From Scyliorhinus canicula (taxonomy: Eukaryota): a stretch of 64,000 bases of DNA. The position numbers and the translations under genes are program-made. The stretch's first letter is position 1; every line of letters starts with the position of its first letter. Below, piece after piece: positions 63,730 through 64,000 of this stretch. A model generated the notes under the pieces. It searched no databases, had not been told where the DNA came from, and was given only the letters and a program-made list of their open reading frames with translations. Location of the stretch: NCBI RefSeq assembly GCF_902713615.1, contig NW_024056015.1:62001-126000 (forward strand). The letters run 5' to 3'.

Positions 63730-64000
63730 TCAGCGAGTACTTACTTCTCGGATAATGAATTGTGATGCCTCATTGCCCTTGTCCAATTCAAGAGCGATCC
63801 GGCCGCGGGATTCCTGGGACCTAGCGCTCTGCCCCCAGTTACACATTTCAGTAAATATCAGGGAGCTTACCCCGAATATTTATGCACCAACGGAGGTCGA
63901 AATCAACCAACAGATATGGAATGAGTCTAACTGTGCAGTCCGGGCTGTTCTTCCAGACAGTTAACTCAAATCGACCCAGGGGGGGCGTGGGTCTGTGTCA

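Overview
Vertebrate (almost certainly cartilaginous fish; elasmobranch-type SINE/LINE content) antigen-receptor locus, most consistent with the V-segment array of the TCR alpha/delta locus. I find 11 V elements in both orientations (8 on +, 3 on -): four look intact (leader exon, V exon, 23-bp-spacer RSS), one has an open frame but a broken splice acceptor, and six are pseudogenes or relics. One of the pseudogenes is an immunoglobulin heavy-chain-type V. About 7 kb upstream of that VH lie intact IgH-type transmembrane exons (TM1 and TM2, cytoplasmic tail KIK). No D, J or C exons were seen. Embedded among the V segments are an intact two-exon rhodopsin-family GPCR (GPR139-like) and an intact tRNA-Asp gene inside a V leader intron. 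Much of the rest is transposon: CR1, L2-type, L1/Tx1-type and Rex1-type LINEs, a Penelope element and short Penelope-derived hammerhead-ribozyme palindromes, a Gypsy LTR element with a 41 x 21-bp G-rich minisatellite in gag, and many tRNA-derived SINEs. All calls were made by eye from the sequence; no database searches were run, so family-level names and repeat boundaries are approximate.
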